Shown here: piece by piece, positions 9,943 to 17,623 of the stretch
How the letters are laid out: the number at the start of each line of letters is the position of its first letter
Numbering within the stretch: the stretch's first letter is position 1
Notes under the pieces: generated by a model
What the model was told of the DNA's origin: nothing
Databases searched by the model: none
Seen by the model: the letters and a program-made list of their open reading frames with translations, nothing else
NCBI GenBank assembly: GCA_963843555.1
Contig: CAWJKV010000007.1
Coordinates: 128,001 to 192,000 of the forward strand
From: an uncultured Methanosarcinales archaeon
Lineage (GTDB): Archaea > Halobacteriota > Methanosarcinia > Methanotrichales > Methanotrichaceae
Length of the DNA stretch: 64,000 nt
Direction of reading: 5' to 3'
Translations under genes and position numbers: made by a program

Positions 9943-11691
9943 TCATCCATTCATCCGTCTTGAGATTAAATCAACGCCCGCTATTGAGAAGCCTGTAAAG
10001 AAGAAGAATCCCCACAACCACCAAGGTAGGCCGAAGGCCGCTAATACTGCTCCTGTCAAGAGACAGATTCCGCCGAATGCTGTGCCCAAGATTACTGTGA
10101 GAGGATTGCCTTTATCCGTCCCAACTTGATATTCCAGAATACGCTTTAAATCGTTAATATATAGAGGGCTTTGCTTCAAGGTATCCAGTATCTCCGGGAC
10201 CAAAAGAATACTGGCTTTAAAGGTTTTGATCAAATTAAATTCTTCCAAGAGCAGATTTCGAATATGTTTCTTGGAAACGGCAACAACATTGATTCCTGGG
10301 ACAAGCTGGTTTCCCACTCCTTCTACCGTGACCAGTGCCTTAACCATCAGGATTATTTCACCTGGATACTCAATTCGATAGCGCCCTGCCAGTTTGACCG
10401 ATTCCAGAACGAGCTGCCCTAAGGAGAAGTCTTGGAAATTTGGATGCCTCAACCAGCGCCGGTTCAGATCCTCAACAGCCCTCCGAAAGCCATTCGGATC
10501 GCTTCTTATACCGGCATACGATAGGGCGGTCAGATAACGGGCTGCACTGGCCGAATCGCCTTCTGCTAAAGAATAAAAGTAATAGAACAACCTATTCCTT
10601 AGCTCGCTGTCAAACTGCCCTACCATTCCCAGATCGATAAAGCCAATCTTGCCCCCTTCCATTGCGATCATGTTTGCCGGATGAAGGTCCGCATGAAAAA
10701 AGCCATCCCTGAAGATCATTCTTATGATAGTCTTGATTCCCAGATCAATCAGCTTATACCTTCTTATCAGGTCTAACTTCTTAAGTTCAGCAGAGTCAGC
10801 TTCCTTTCCCTCTATGTATTCCATGCTCAAAGTATCACGATTGCTGAATTCTCTATAAATCGCCGGGAAACGTATTTTTGGCTCATCTTCGAAGTTGGCT
10901 GCAAATATCTCTGCATTATCGGCCTCAATTCGCAAATCCACCTCTCTCAGGCTGTATCTTGCAAATTCTTGGGTAAGCTTAGCCGGCTGGTAACGAGATA
11001 GAAAGATTTGTGAAATTCGTCCAAAAAAAGTCAGAAGCATGGTATCGGTCTGCACCATCTTTCTGACTCCGGGCTTGAGTACCTTGATCACAATCTCTTC
11101 TCCAGAACTCAATCTAGCTAGATGAGTCTGGGCCAGGGAACCTGAGCCCAACGGTTCCGGATCAATCCATGCAAACATCTCTTCAACAGGCCGTTTGAGA
11201 TCCGCCTCGATTAATTCTTTAAAGCGCTCAAAAGGCACTACCGGAGCTTGTCTAAGAAGATTTTTAAGCTCCTCTGTAACTGATTTTGGCAAAATATCCT
11301 CACGCAGGCTGAGAATTTGCCCTAGCTTTATATAAGACGGGCCCATCAGTTCGAGTCTCCGCCTGAATTGGACGGGGAAAGGTTGACTGATTATTTCTTT
11401 GATCATAAAAGGCCAGGCAAACACCAGTATTATGCGCAAAATGATTACCCTAAAGCTCCAGGCCCTTCCCTGATTTTTCATCTCTCTAACATAGGCAAAT
11501 CCCCCACCCAGCAGCATTCCAAGGAAATGTCTCAGAGTTCCAATGAAACGACGAATCAACCCCTGAGGAGGTTTTTCTTTGTATATTTCAAAGATGGGCT
11601 TTGGTTTTATCGGCTCAGATAAGTCTACAATCGTCACTTTCGTGGGTTCATCCCTGCATGATTTGAAACTCATAATTTTTCTTTGCCTCAC
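9943..11691 (-). CDS. ABC1/UbiB/AarF atypical kinase
   Basis: GPSYIKLGQILS, GSGSLAQTH, VIKVLKPG, FFHADLHPAN, IDLGMVG; C-terminal TMs. Confidence 0.92.
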   Translation of the reverse strand: MRQRKIMSFKSCRDEPTKVTIVDLSEPIKPKPIFEIYKEKPPQGLIRRFIGTLRHFLGMLLGGGFAYVREMKNQGRAWSFRVIILRIILVFAWPFMIKEIISQPFPVQFRRRLELMGPSYIKLGQILSLREDILPKSVTEELKNLLRQAPVVPFERFKELIEADLKRPVEEMFAWIDPEPLGSGSLAQTHLARLSSGEEIVIKVLKPGVRKMVQTDTMLLTFFGRISQIFLSRYQPAKLTQEFARYSLREVDLRIEADNAEIFAANFEDEPKIRFPAIYREFSNRDTLSMEYIEGKEADSAELKKLDLIRRYKLIDLGIKTIIRMIFRDGFFHADLHPANMIAMEGGKIGFIDLGMVGQFDSELRNRLFYYFYSLAEGDSASAARYLTALSYAGIRSDPNGFRRAVEDLNRRWLRHPNFQDFSLGQLVLESVKLAGRYRIEYPGEIILMVKALVTVEGVGNQLVPGINVVAVSKKHIRNLLLEEFNLIKTFKASILLVPEILDTLKQSPLYINDLKRILEYQVGTDKGNPLTVILGTAFGGICLLTGAVLAAFGLPWWLWGFFFFTGFSIAGVDLISRRMNG

Positions 11692-11745
11692 CTGAGCACA
11701 TAATTTTAAGATCTTATTGGTAATAAAATTTCTCTTAGATCCCGA

Positions 11746-12252
11746 TCATTCCACACGAATCCTCGTTCGAGCGGTCACAACCTCCTTAGGGATGGTGATG
11801 GTGAGCAGACCATTATTCAGAGTCGCGCCGGTCTCATCTCTCTTTATGCTACACTGCAGTTTGATCTTCCGCCGGTAGATTCCGTGTGACCTCTCACACT
11901 TAAGGGCTCTAACATCATGCATCTTTGGCTCTACCGTCTTCTTTGCGCGGACAGATAGCTCATCATCAGTTGCTGTAACCTCAATATCATCTTTTTGCAT
12001 TCCAGGTAGTTCCAGAGTTACAATGATCGCCTCGTCCGTTTTCACAAAATCAGTCAGAGGCTTCCTCACGTTTCCCGCCAGCAAAGGAATGGCTTCTGTT
12101 ATTCGGCCCATCTTCTCGTAGATGTATCTCATCTCATCAGAATAAGGGGTCTCGATATCGATCAGGCCCAAGTCATCCGCCACTAAATACATTTTTGTGG
12201 CGAGGTCATTTAACCCTTTACAAATCACTTTAGGTATCATCTGGCAAACCAC
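11746..12252 (-). CDS. Hsp20/alpha-crystallin small heat shock protein (paralog of 7936-8427)
   Basis: PLTDFVKTDEAIIVTLELPGM...ATLNNGLLTITIPK. Confidence 0.88.
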   Translation of the reverse strand: MVCQMIPKVICKGLNDLATKMYLVADDLGLIDIETPYSDEMRYIYEKMGRITEAIPLLAGNVRKPLTDFVKTDEAIIVTLELPGMQKDDIEVTATDDELSVRAKKTVEPKMHDVRALKCERSHGIYRRKIKLQCSIKRDETGATLNNGLLTITIPKEVVTARTRIRVE

Positions 12253-12269
12253 CTATAGCTAATCTAAAG

Positions 12270-12770
12270 CTAAGCATTGACAGCCTGGACCGCGAAGGCC
12301 GTCCTGAAATGATCTTCCTGCTCCTTGGAAAGAGACGTCTTCAATACCTTAATATTCTTATATTTCTTCAACTCATCCATGACCTTATCGGGCGTAGCAT
12401 CACGAACCAGCAGGAAAAGGGCAGAATTGCCGGGCTGAATGGAGTTGCCGACCTCTTTGATGAATTTGTCATCGACACCCACATCTGCATATTTGCCTGC
12501 CAGCGCTCCTGCTGCCGCTCCAATGACCATTCCGAATACGGGAACAAAGAATATCAAGCCTATCAATAGTCCCCAAAATGCACCACCAAGCGCTCCAGAT
12601 CCGGCCAGGCTGGTGACTTGTTTAACTTTAACCTTGCCATCTTTGTTTCTAACTGCTACTGCGGCATCATCCAGGCCGATTAGATGCTCCTTTTGCAGAC
12701 GCATCAAATCGTCTCTCATCTGCTCGGCACCGTTTTCAGTGTCGAAAGCCAATACAACTAAGTTACTCAT
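12270..12770 (-). CDS. DUF1269 family protein (close paralog of 6046-6528)
   Basis: Near-identical translation to 6046-6528. Confidence 0.9.
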   Translation of the reverse strand: MSNLVVLAFDTENGAEQMRDDLMRLQKEHLIGLDDAAVAVRNKDGKVKVKQVTSLAGSGALGGAFWGLLIGLIFFVPVFGMVIGAAAGALAGKYADVGVDDKFIKEVGNSIQPGNSALFLLVRDATPDKVMDELKKYKNIKVLKTSLSKEQEDHFRTAFAVQAVNA

Positions 12771-12886
12771 CGTTTCAATACCCTAATTTGTTTGAATTTC
12801 ATTTGCAAGATATAAGTAATGTCGCTGTTGGATTGGTGCATACTTCATTTGCCATTCGCTGATCGTTTTGCCATTGGCTTTCGATT

Positions 12887-12935
12887 AATTTATAGCTATT
12901 TGAGCTGTCATCATAAAAGTATGAACTATTATGAA
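12887..12935 (-). promoter_or_regulatory. 49-bp conserved promoter element, copy 4 (DUF1269-Hsp20-ABC1 unit)
   Basis: Minus strand TTCATAATAGTTCATACTTTTATGATGACAGCTCAAATAGCTATAAATT. Confidence 0.85.
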
Positions 12936-13102
12936 ATTGAAAATGCATAAGAGAACAGTAAGTGATATTTATCTGTTATAGATACCAGCAGCTTGCATTG
13001 AGAAGAGGTACCTTTGGGCAAAAGGGTGACGATACAAGAAGTGTTGCGCTTTATAAATGCACTAAGATAAATAATAATGCAATTATGTTTATAGGTTTCG
13101 CA

Positions 13103-13152
13103 TTCATATCAAATTCATACTCTTGGAAATGCTTCTCAAATACCTATTAATA
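13103..13152 (+). promoter_or_regulatory. Degenerate copy of the conserved promoter element
   Basis: TTCATATCAAATTCATACTCTTGGAAATGCTTCTCAAATACCTATTAAT: one extra base, third half-site lost. Confidence 0.55.
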
Positions 13153-13298
13153 CCTAAAATACCTATATATCTAAACTCAACAAAACATTATCGGAAAGAT
13201 ATTAAGAACCGCTATGGACCAGTCCGGGCAGATTTGTAATCGGTATCAATAGCTGAAGATGCTTCAAATATGCCCTTGAGAACTGAAATGGAGGTTTT

Positions 13299-13982
13299 AT
13301 GTATAAAAATATAGCTCTAACCTTAATGGTGCTGTGGGTCCTAGCAGCACCAACACAGAGTTCCATAGGTGAAAACTTGACAACCATGATGGAACCGACG
13401 ATAATAGGGCAGATTAATCAAACGGACCGAATCGTCACTCCTGCGGAAGCTAATCTATGGCTCCAACAGAGAACCCTCTGGCAAGAGCGCGCTTTCTGGA
13501 CCAGGATGGCCATTATGGCTATACTCCAGGATTCGGCTGATAAGGGGCCCGTCGTGAAACGATTGATGAGAAACTATGAGGATACAGCTCAAAACCTTGT
13601 GCCTTATTATGGAAATGAGACCTCAGAAAAGTACGGCAATCTGATCCGAGACAATCTTCTGATCACAGCCGATTTCGCCAATGCAGTCAGGCAAAAAGAT
13701 AAGACAGCGCTGGCGAATGCAAGCGTCGAATGGAATAAGAACGTAGAGGATATAGCCGATTTCGAAAACACACTTGGCGCCAACCTGACTCCGGTCGATA
13801 GAAAAGCCATTTGGCTGCAGCAATTGAACCTCACCAAGAATGAGACAATGCAGCTGTCCGATAAAGATTACAGCACATCCATTGATACCTTCGACCGAAT
13901 CGAGGAATTGAGCAGTATGATGGCGGACTCGCTTGCTAACGGGATCATCCGAAGGTTCTCCGAGGAGTTCCATCAGAATTGA
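13299..13982 (+). CDS. Secreted helical-bundle protein
   Basis: Signal peptide; LWQERAFWTRMAIMAI...RLMRNYED...LVPYYG core; GGAGGT RBS. Confidence 0.75.
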   Translation: MYKNIALTLMVLWVLAAPTQSSIGENLTTMMEPTIIGQINQTDRIVTPAEANLWLQQRTLWQERAFWTRMAIMAILQDSADKGPVVKRLMRNYEDTAQNLVPYYGNETSEKYGNLIRDNLLITADFANAVRQKDKTALANASVEWNKNVEDIADFENTLGANLTPVDRKAIWLQQLNLTKNETMQLSDKDYSTSIDTFDRIEELSSMMADSLANGIIRRFSEEFHQN

Positions 13983-14019
13983 TTGTGAATGATTCGTTTA
14001 GATGCTTCGAGGAAGAAAT

Positions 14020-15180
14020 ATGAAAAAAATCTTGGCTATGGCAGTGCTTCTGATACTCCTTTGCATGAATGCATGGGCTCAGCCGACACCGCCAGCAACA
14101 CCGCCCAGTCCAGAATCTCTGGGATTGCCGGTACCGGAAGCAACCAACAGTACCTCTGCTCCCCCAGTTTCTGAGACTACCCAGGCTGCAGTTTCCACAA
14201 CAGCAACCACTGCAGAAGCAGCTGCGCCCTCAACTCAGGCTACAACTACGGCCAGCACCAACATGGTAGTGCCCGTGGGAGTTCCAGTTCCTAATAAATT
14301 CTACATCCCCTACTCGCCATCAACCACGGCAAGCTGTTACTATGGTCAGTGGGTGCCTATGTGGCTTGATAATAAAGGATATGGCCCTCTGTATACATAC
14401 GAGTGGTATCCTGATGGGAGACTTGTAACACAATATCTCGCCAACATACCTTATCCGGGCTGGCTGAAGATGTGGTTCTATGGAGATGCCCCAGGCTGGC
14501 ACACCCTGCAGTACTACTGCAACGGCTGGAGCAATTACATCTATGTCTACGTAAATGGTGGCACGACGGCCCCAACTCAGCCGCCTGCTCAAGGCTGCAA
14601 TGCTAGAATTGTTGTCAGTTCACCGTATGCGAGAGGATATTCTGTTTACGTGGATGGCTACTATAAAGGAGGAGACGGCCAGAATGGAGACCCGATGGAC
14701 GGATATTATGAATTCTACGTTCCAGGAGGTCAGCTGCACACGATAAAGGTCTTCTATCAGGGTGGAACCTACCAGCAGACAAAGACCTACTACTGTGGAA
14801 GCACCTACATGATAACAATATCATCGGCACCGCCAACTGGAAGCACGCCGCCAGCGGAAACTACGCCGCCTGTAGAGCCAGTAGAGCCTACACCGCCTGT
14901 AGAGCCAGTGCCACCAGTAGAGCCTGTATATCCGACGCACCCTATAGAGTTACCTGCATATCCGACGCACCCTATAGTGATTGAACCTATACCTGTATAT
15001 CCGACACAGCCTATAGCGACTCCACCTGCTCTTCCGACACAGCCTATAGCGACTCCACCTGCTCTTCCAACACAGCCTATAGCGACTCCACCTGCTCTTC
15101 CAACACAGCCTATAGCGACTCCACCTGCAGTTCCAACACAGCCTATAGCGACTCCAACCCCTACAGTGACACCTTACTAG
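14020..15180 (+). CDS. Secreted Pro/Thr-rich surface protein
   Basis: MKKILAMAVLLILLCMNAWA signal peptide; Tyr/Trp-rich beta domains; C-terminal PTQPIATPPAL repeats. Confidence 0.8.
   Translation: MKKILAMAVLLILLCMNAWAQPTPPATPPSPESLGLPVPEATNSTSAPPVSETTQAAVSTTATTAEAAAPSTQATTTASTNMVVPVGVPVPNKFYIPYSPSTTASCYYGQWVPMWLDNKGYGPLYTYEWYPDGRLVTQYLANIPYPGWLKMWFYGDAPGWHTLQYYCNGWSNYIYVYVNGGTTAPTQPPAQGCNARIVVSSPYARGYSVYVDGYYKGGDGQNGDPMDGYYEFYVPGGQLHTIKVFYQGGTYQQTKTYYCGSTYMITISSAPPTGSTPPAETTPPVEPVEPTPPVEPVPPVEPVYPTHPIELPAYPTHPIVIEPIPVYPTQPIATPPALPTQPIATPPALPTQPIATPPALPTQPIATPPAVPTQPIATPTPTVTPY
15001..15156 (+). repeat. 33-bp coding tandem repeat, about 4.7 copies (PTQPIATPPAL)
   Basis: Units ccRacacagcctatagcgactccacctgctctt start at 15001, 15034, 15067, 15100 and 15133. 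Confidence 0.95.
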
Positions 15181-15514
15181 GCGATTGATTGTGAAGTAAT
15201 AGGGCATCCTTGGATGCTCTATTGCTGAATCAAGATCCATTTTTTTGGTATAATTATATGTCAAAATGAATAATTTATCGGCTATTTCGAGTTATAGCCA
15301 AGGATACCGAAAATTTTGAAGAGCGACTCCACCCGAGCAGACAGTGACACTTACTAAGCAATTGATTGTGAAGTAATAGGGCATCCTTGGATGCTCTATT
15401 ACTGAATCGAGATCCAATTTTTTTATAACTATGACTCAAAAAAAGTGATTGATCGGTTATTTCGATCTCGCTTCTTACTTGCTATAGCCAAGGATACCGA
15501 AAATCTTGAAGAGC
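15147..15514. repeat. Imperfect tandem duplication (~180-190 bp) of a convergent-gene junction
   Basis: 15147-15324 and 15322-15514 both read agcgactcc...acagtgacac...gtgaagtaatagggcatccttggatgctctatt...tatagccaaggataccgaaaat.ttgaagagc. Confidence 0.85.
15195..15226. terminator. Hairpin after the Pro-rich gene (second copy at 15372-15403)
   Basis: AGTAATAGGGCATCC-TT-GGATGCTCTATTGCT inverted repeat with a T-run shortly after. Confidence 0.5.
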
Positions 15515-15819
15515 TTTTTAAAATCTACGTTTTTAGTCTCCACGGTGACAGCCGCAGTCCCCGCGGCAATCAGTGTCATATCACCGCCACTGTATATCAG
15601 AGCACGTGTGGGGCTCCAATTCCTCGGTGCTTCGCGAGCAAATTCTCTAAACGTGGAGGTGATCTCCATAAGCATTTTGCTTGTGTGCTCCTTAACTATC
15701 TCGGGATCTACAATACCCTTGGCCTTCCAGTCAACGATTCGTCCCATATCATCCAATTTCGCTACGGCAATGACACCATCCACTTGAAATAAGTCGTCTG
15801 TATTTACCAAAGAAAACAC
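15475..15819 (-). CDS. DUF2173-like (roadblock-fold) protein
   Basis: DDLFQVDGVIAVAKLDDMGRIVDWK...NWSPTRALIYSGGD pattern. Confidence 0.65.
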   Translation of the reverse strand: MFSLVNTDDLFQVDGVIAVAKLDDMGRIVDWKAKGIVDPEIVKEHTSKMLMEITSTFREFAREAPRNWSPTRALIYSGGDMTLIAAGTAAVTVETKNVDFKKLFKIFGILGYSK

Positions 15820-15845
15820 CTCTATTCTTTTTTACTCTTTGCGAA

Positions 15846-15894
15846 AATAAATAGATATTTGAGATTCCATCATAAAAATATGAAAAGTTATGAA
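15846..15894 (-). promoter_or_regulatory. 49-bp conserved promoter element, copy 5
   Basis: Minus strand TTCATAACTTTTCATATTTTTATGATGGAATCTCAAATATCTATTTATT. Confidence 0.85.
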
Positions 15895-15981
15895 CCAGGA
15901 CTTGGCCCATGACCCCGGCAAGATGAAGAAATAGCGATCAGAAAAGAGGATTAGCTGCGATCTGATCGCTTATCGATCGAA

Positions 15982-16539
15982 TTATTCCGTCTCAAATGGC
16001 TTGTCCGGCGCCATTACGGAAAGAGTCAATGTATTATTTCCGGTGGTGACACCTGTTACTTTGTAGCCCTTGGCCAAAGCATTCTGATATGCATCGTTGG
16101 CGGCCACCTCTACCTCCTCCAGGGCTGACTTTATGGGGCCCACCCAGGTCTCCTCAGGCAAGTTGAGGAATCCCACCTTTAAAACCTTAGGCTCAACTTT
16201 GAGGGTATCATTTACGATGCTGACATTGGCCTCCACTGCTACATTTTGATCTACACCAATGAGTCCGCCGCCTATTCTTAGTACCGCATTTACCTCTATA
16301 GGCTCATTCTCCTTTAGCTGTACATTGATATCCTTCACTCCCTTGGGACCCAGCTCCTCCATATCTGCCGTTATGACGCGATTGAGATAGTCTTCACTTA
16401 AAGTCACAATCATATCAGGAGTGCTCTGCGATGGGAGCACGGTCCCTTCCTGGCCCAGCACCGCAGACTGTCCAACGAGAAGAACCATTAAGGCAATTCC
16501 TAGCACGCATATTTTCGGGAAAAAAAAGGGGGTTTTCAT
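15982..16539 (-). CDS. Secreted/membrane-anchored hypothetical protein
   Basis: ORF with hydrophobic N-terminus; ATG 16539 follows a GAGGT RBS. Confidence 0.7.
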   Translation of the reverse strand: MKTPFFFPKICVLGIALMVLLVGQSAVLGQEGTVLPSQSTPDMIVTLSEDYLNRVITADMEELGPKGVKDINVQLKENEPIEVNAVLRIGGGLIGVDQNVAVEANVSIVNDTLKVEPKVLKVGFLNLPEETWVGPIKSALEEVEVAANDAYQNALAKGYKVTGVTTGNNTLTLSVMAPDKPFETE

Positions 16540-16562
16540 GATGTATACCTCTAAAAATTGCT

Positions 16563-16844
16563 TCAAGCTCCAAGCAGCTTCTGCTTGGCTGCAGTGAATT
16601 CTGCGTCAGTTAGCACTCCAGATTGATGCAGCTGTGCGAGTTTTTGCAGCTCGGCAGTCACATCCACTCCTGGAGCCGGGGCAGGGGCTGGTGCAGCGTA
16701 AACCGGCTGTGCCTGCATCTGCTGAATCTGGGCGTCCTGCGCCTCCTCATGGGCGGCATTCTGTGCGCCTGCCTTTCCCATATGATATGCAGCTCCACCT
16801 ACCACGGCTGCGCCTAGCAGTCTCCTTCGTCTCATTAATGGCAT
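16563..16844 (-). CDS. SHOCT domain protein
   Basis: RRRRLLGAAVVGGAAY N-terminus, Gln/Pro linker, ELQKLAQLHQSGVLTDAEFTAAKQKLL SHOCT motif. Confidence 0.9.
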   Translation of the reverse strand: MPLMRRRRLLGAAVVGGAAYHMGKAGAQNAAHEEAQDAQIQQMQAQPVYAAPAPAPAPGVDVTAELQKLAQLHQSGVLTDAEFTAAKQKLLGA

Positions 16845-16950
16845 AATAACTCTCCTCTTTTTGATCTATTTGTATTTCCATCGCCAACAAAAGTTAGCAA
16901 GTCAGTACATGGCTTGATCAACTCTAAAAATGGGTATCAAAGCCTAATTC

Positions 16951-16974
16951 TTGAAGGGCGGGTGTGCCCTTCAA
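16951..16974. terminator. Perfect 9-bp-stem hairpin between the CMD and SHOCT genes
   Basis: TTGAAGGGC-GGGTGT-GCCCTTCAA. Confidence 0.4.
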
Positions 16975-17004
16975 ATATCGCCGATTTTTTTTGGACAAAC
17001 TAGC

Positions 17005-17355
17005 TTATTTATTCTTTGCATATTCTTCAATCTCGTACCCCAGGGCAAATGATATCTCAGTAGCAGCTGGGATGATGCGAGCCAAGCCTACTGTGGGAGC
17101 CAGTGCGACGAGAACGCCTGTTATTTCCTCGGGTGTTACTCCCGCTCCCTTGGCCAATTCAACATTCCAGACATACGAGGCTGGCGATGCATTCATGGCT
17201 ACGAGAGACGCAATTTTGACCAGGGCATAGGTTTTGGGGTCCAGGCCGGACTGCTCTATATTTTCGACTTGCGTTTTTAATAGACTATCGATTAGCTCGG
17301 GCTTCATCGTGGCCAGACCAGCTAATATTACTTCTGCGTTATTTAATTTCCCCAT
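17005..17355 (-). CDS. Carboxymuconolactone decarboxylase (CMD/AhpD-like) family protein
   Basis: SGLDPKTYALVKIASLVAM...AKGAGVTPEEI pattern; no CxxC. Confidence 0.8.
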   Translation of the reverse strand: MGKLNNAEVILAGLATMKPELIDSLLKTQVENIEQSGLDPKTYALVKIASLVAMNASPASYVWNVELAKGAGVTPEEITGVLVALAPTVGLARIIPAATEISFALGYEIEEYAKNK

Positions 17356-17419
17356 ATTTCCACCTTTGAAATTCGATTGCTGTTTTCCAGAAAGGAATAA
17401 CTCTCATTTGCTTTGTATC

Positions 17420-17468
17420 AATTTATAGCTATTTGAGAAGCTGCCATAAAAGTATGAAACGTTATGAA
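17420..17468 (-). promoter_or_regulatory. 49-bp conserved promoter element, copy 6 (CMD-SHOCT unit)
   Basis: Minus strand TTCATAACGTTTCATACTTTTATGGCAGCTTCTCAAATAGCTATAAATT. Confidence 0.85.
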
Positions 17469-17540
17469 GGTTGAACTACCGCGCATGAAGGGCACTGCTT
17501 CCCACTTTATCCCGGTAAGAATGATTGGCCAAAGAAGCTC

Positions 17541-17589
17541 ATCATAACTTTTCATACTTTTCTGACTAACTCTTAAATATCTATAAATT
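17541..17589 (+). promoter_or_regulatory. 49-bp conserved promoter element, copy 7 (radical SAM gene)
   Basis: ATCATAACTTTTCATACTTTTCTGACTAACTCTTAAATATCTATAAATT. Confidence 0.85.
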
Positions 17590-17623
17590 AAATAAGCAGA
17601 AATAGGAGCAAAGAGGAAACAAG

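Noticed and set aside
13299..13982. Calling this an acetylglutamate kinase, as I recall for some similar proteins
   Set aside because: No kinase motifs; it has a signal peptide and an all-helical pattern
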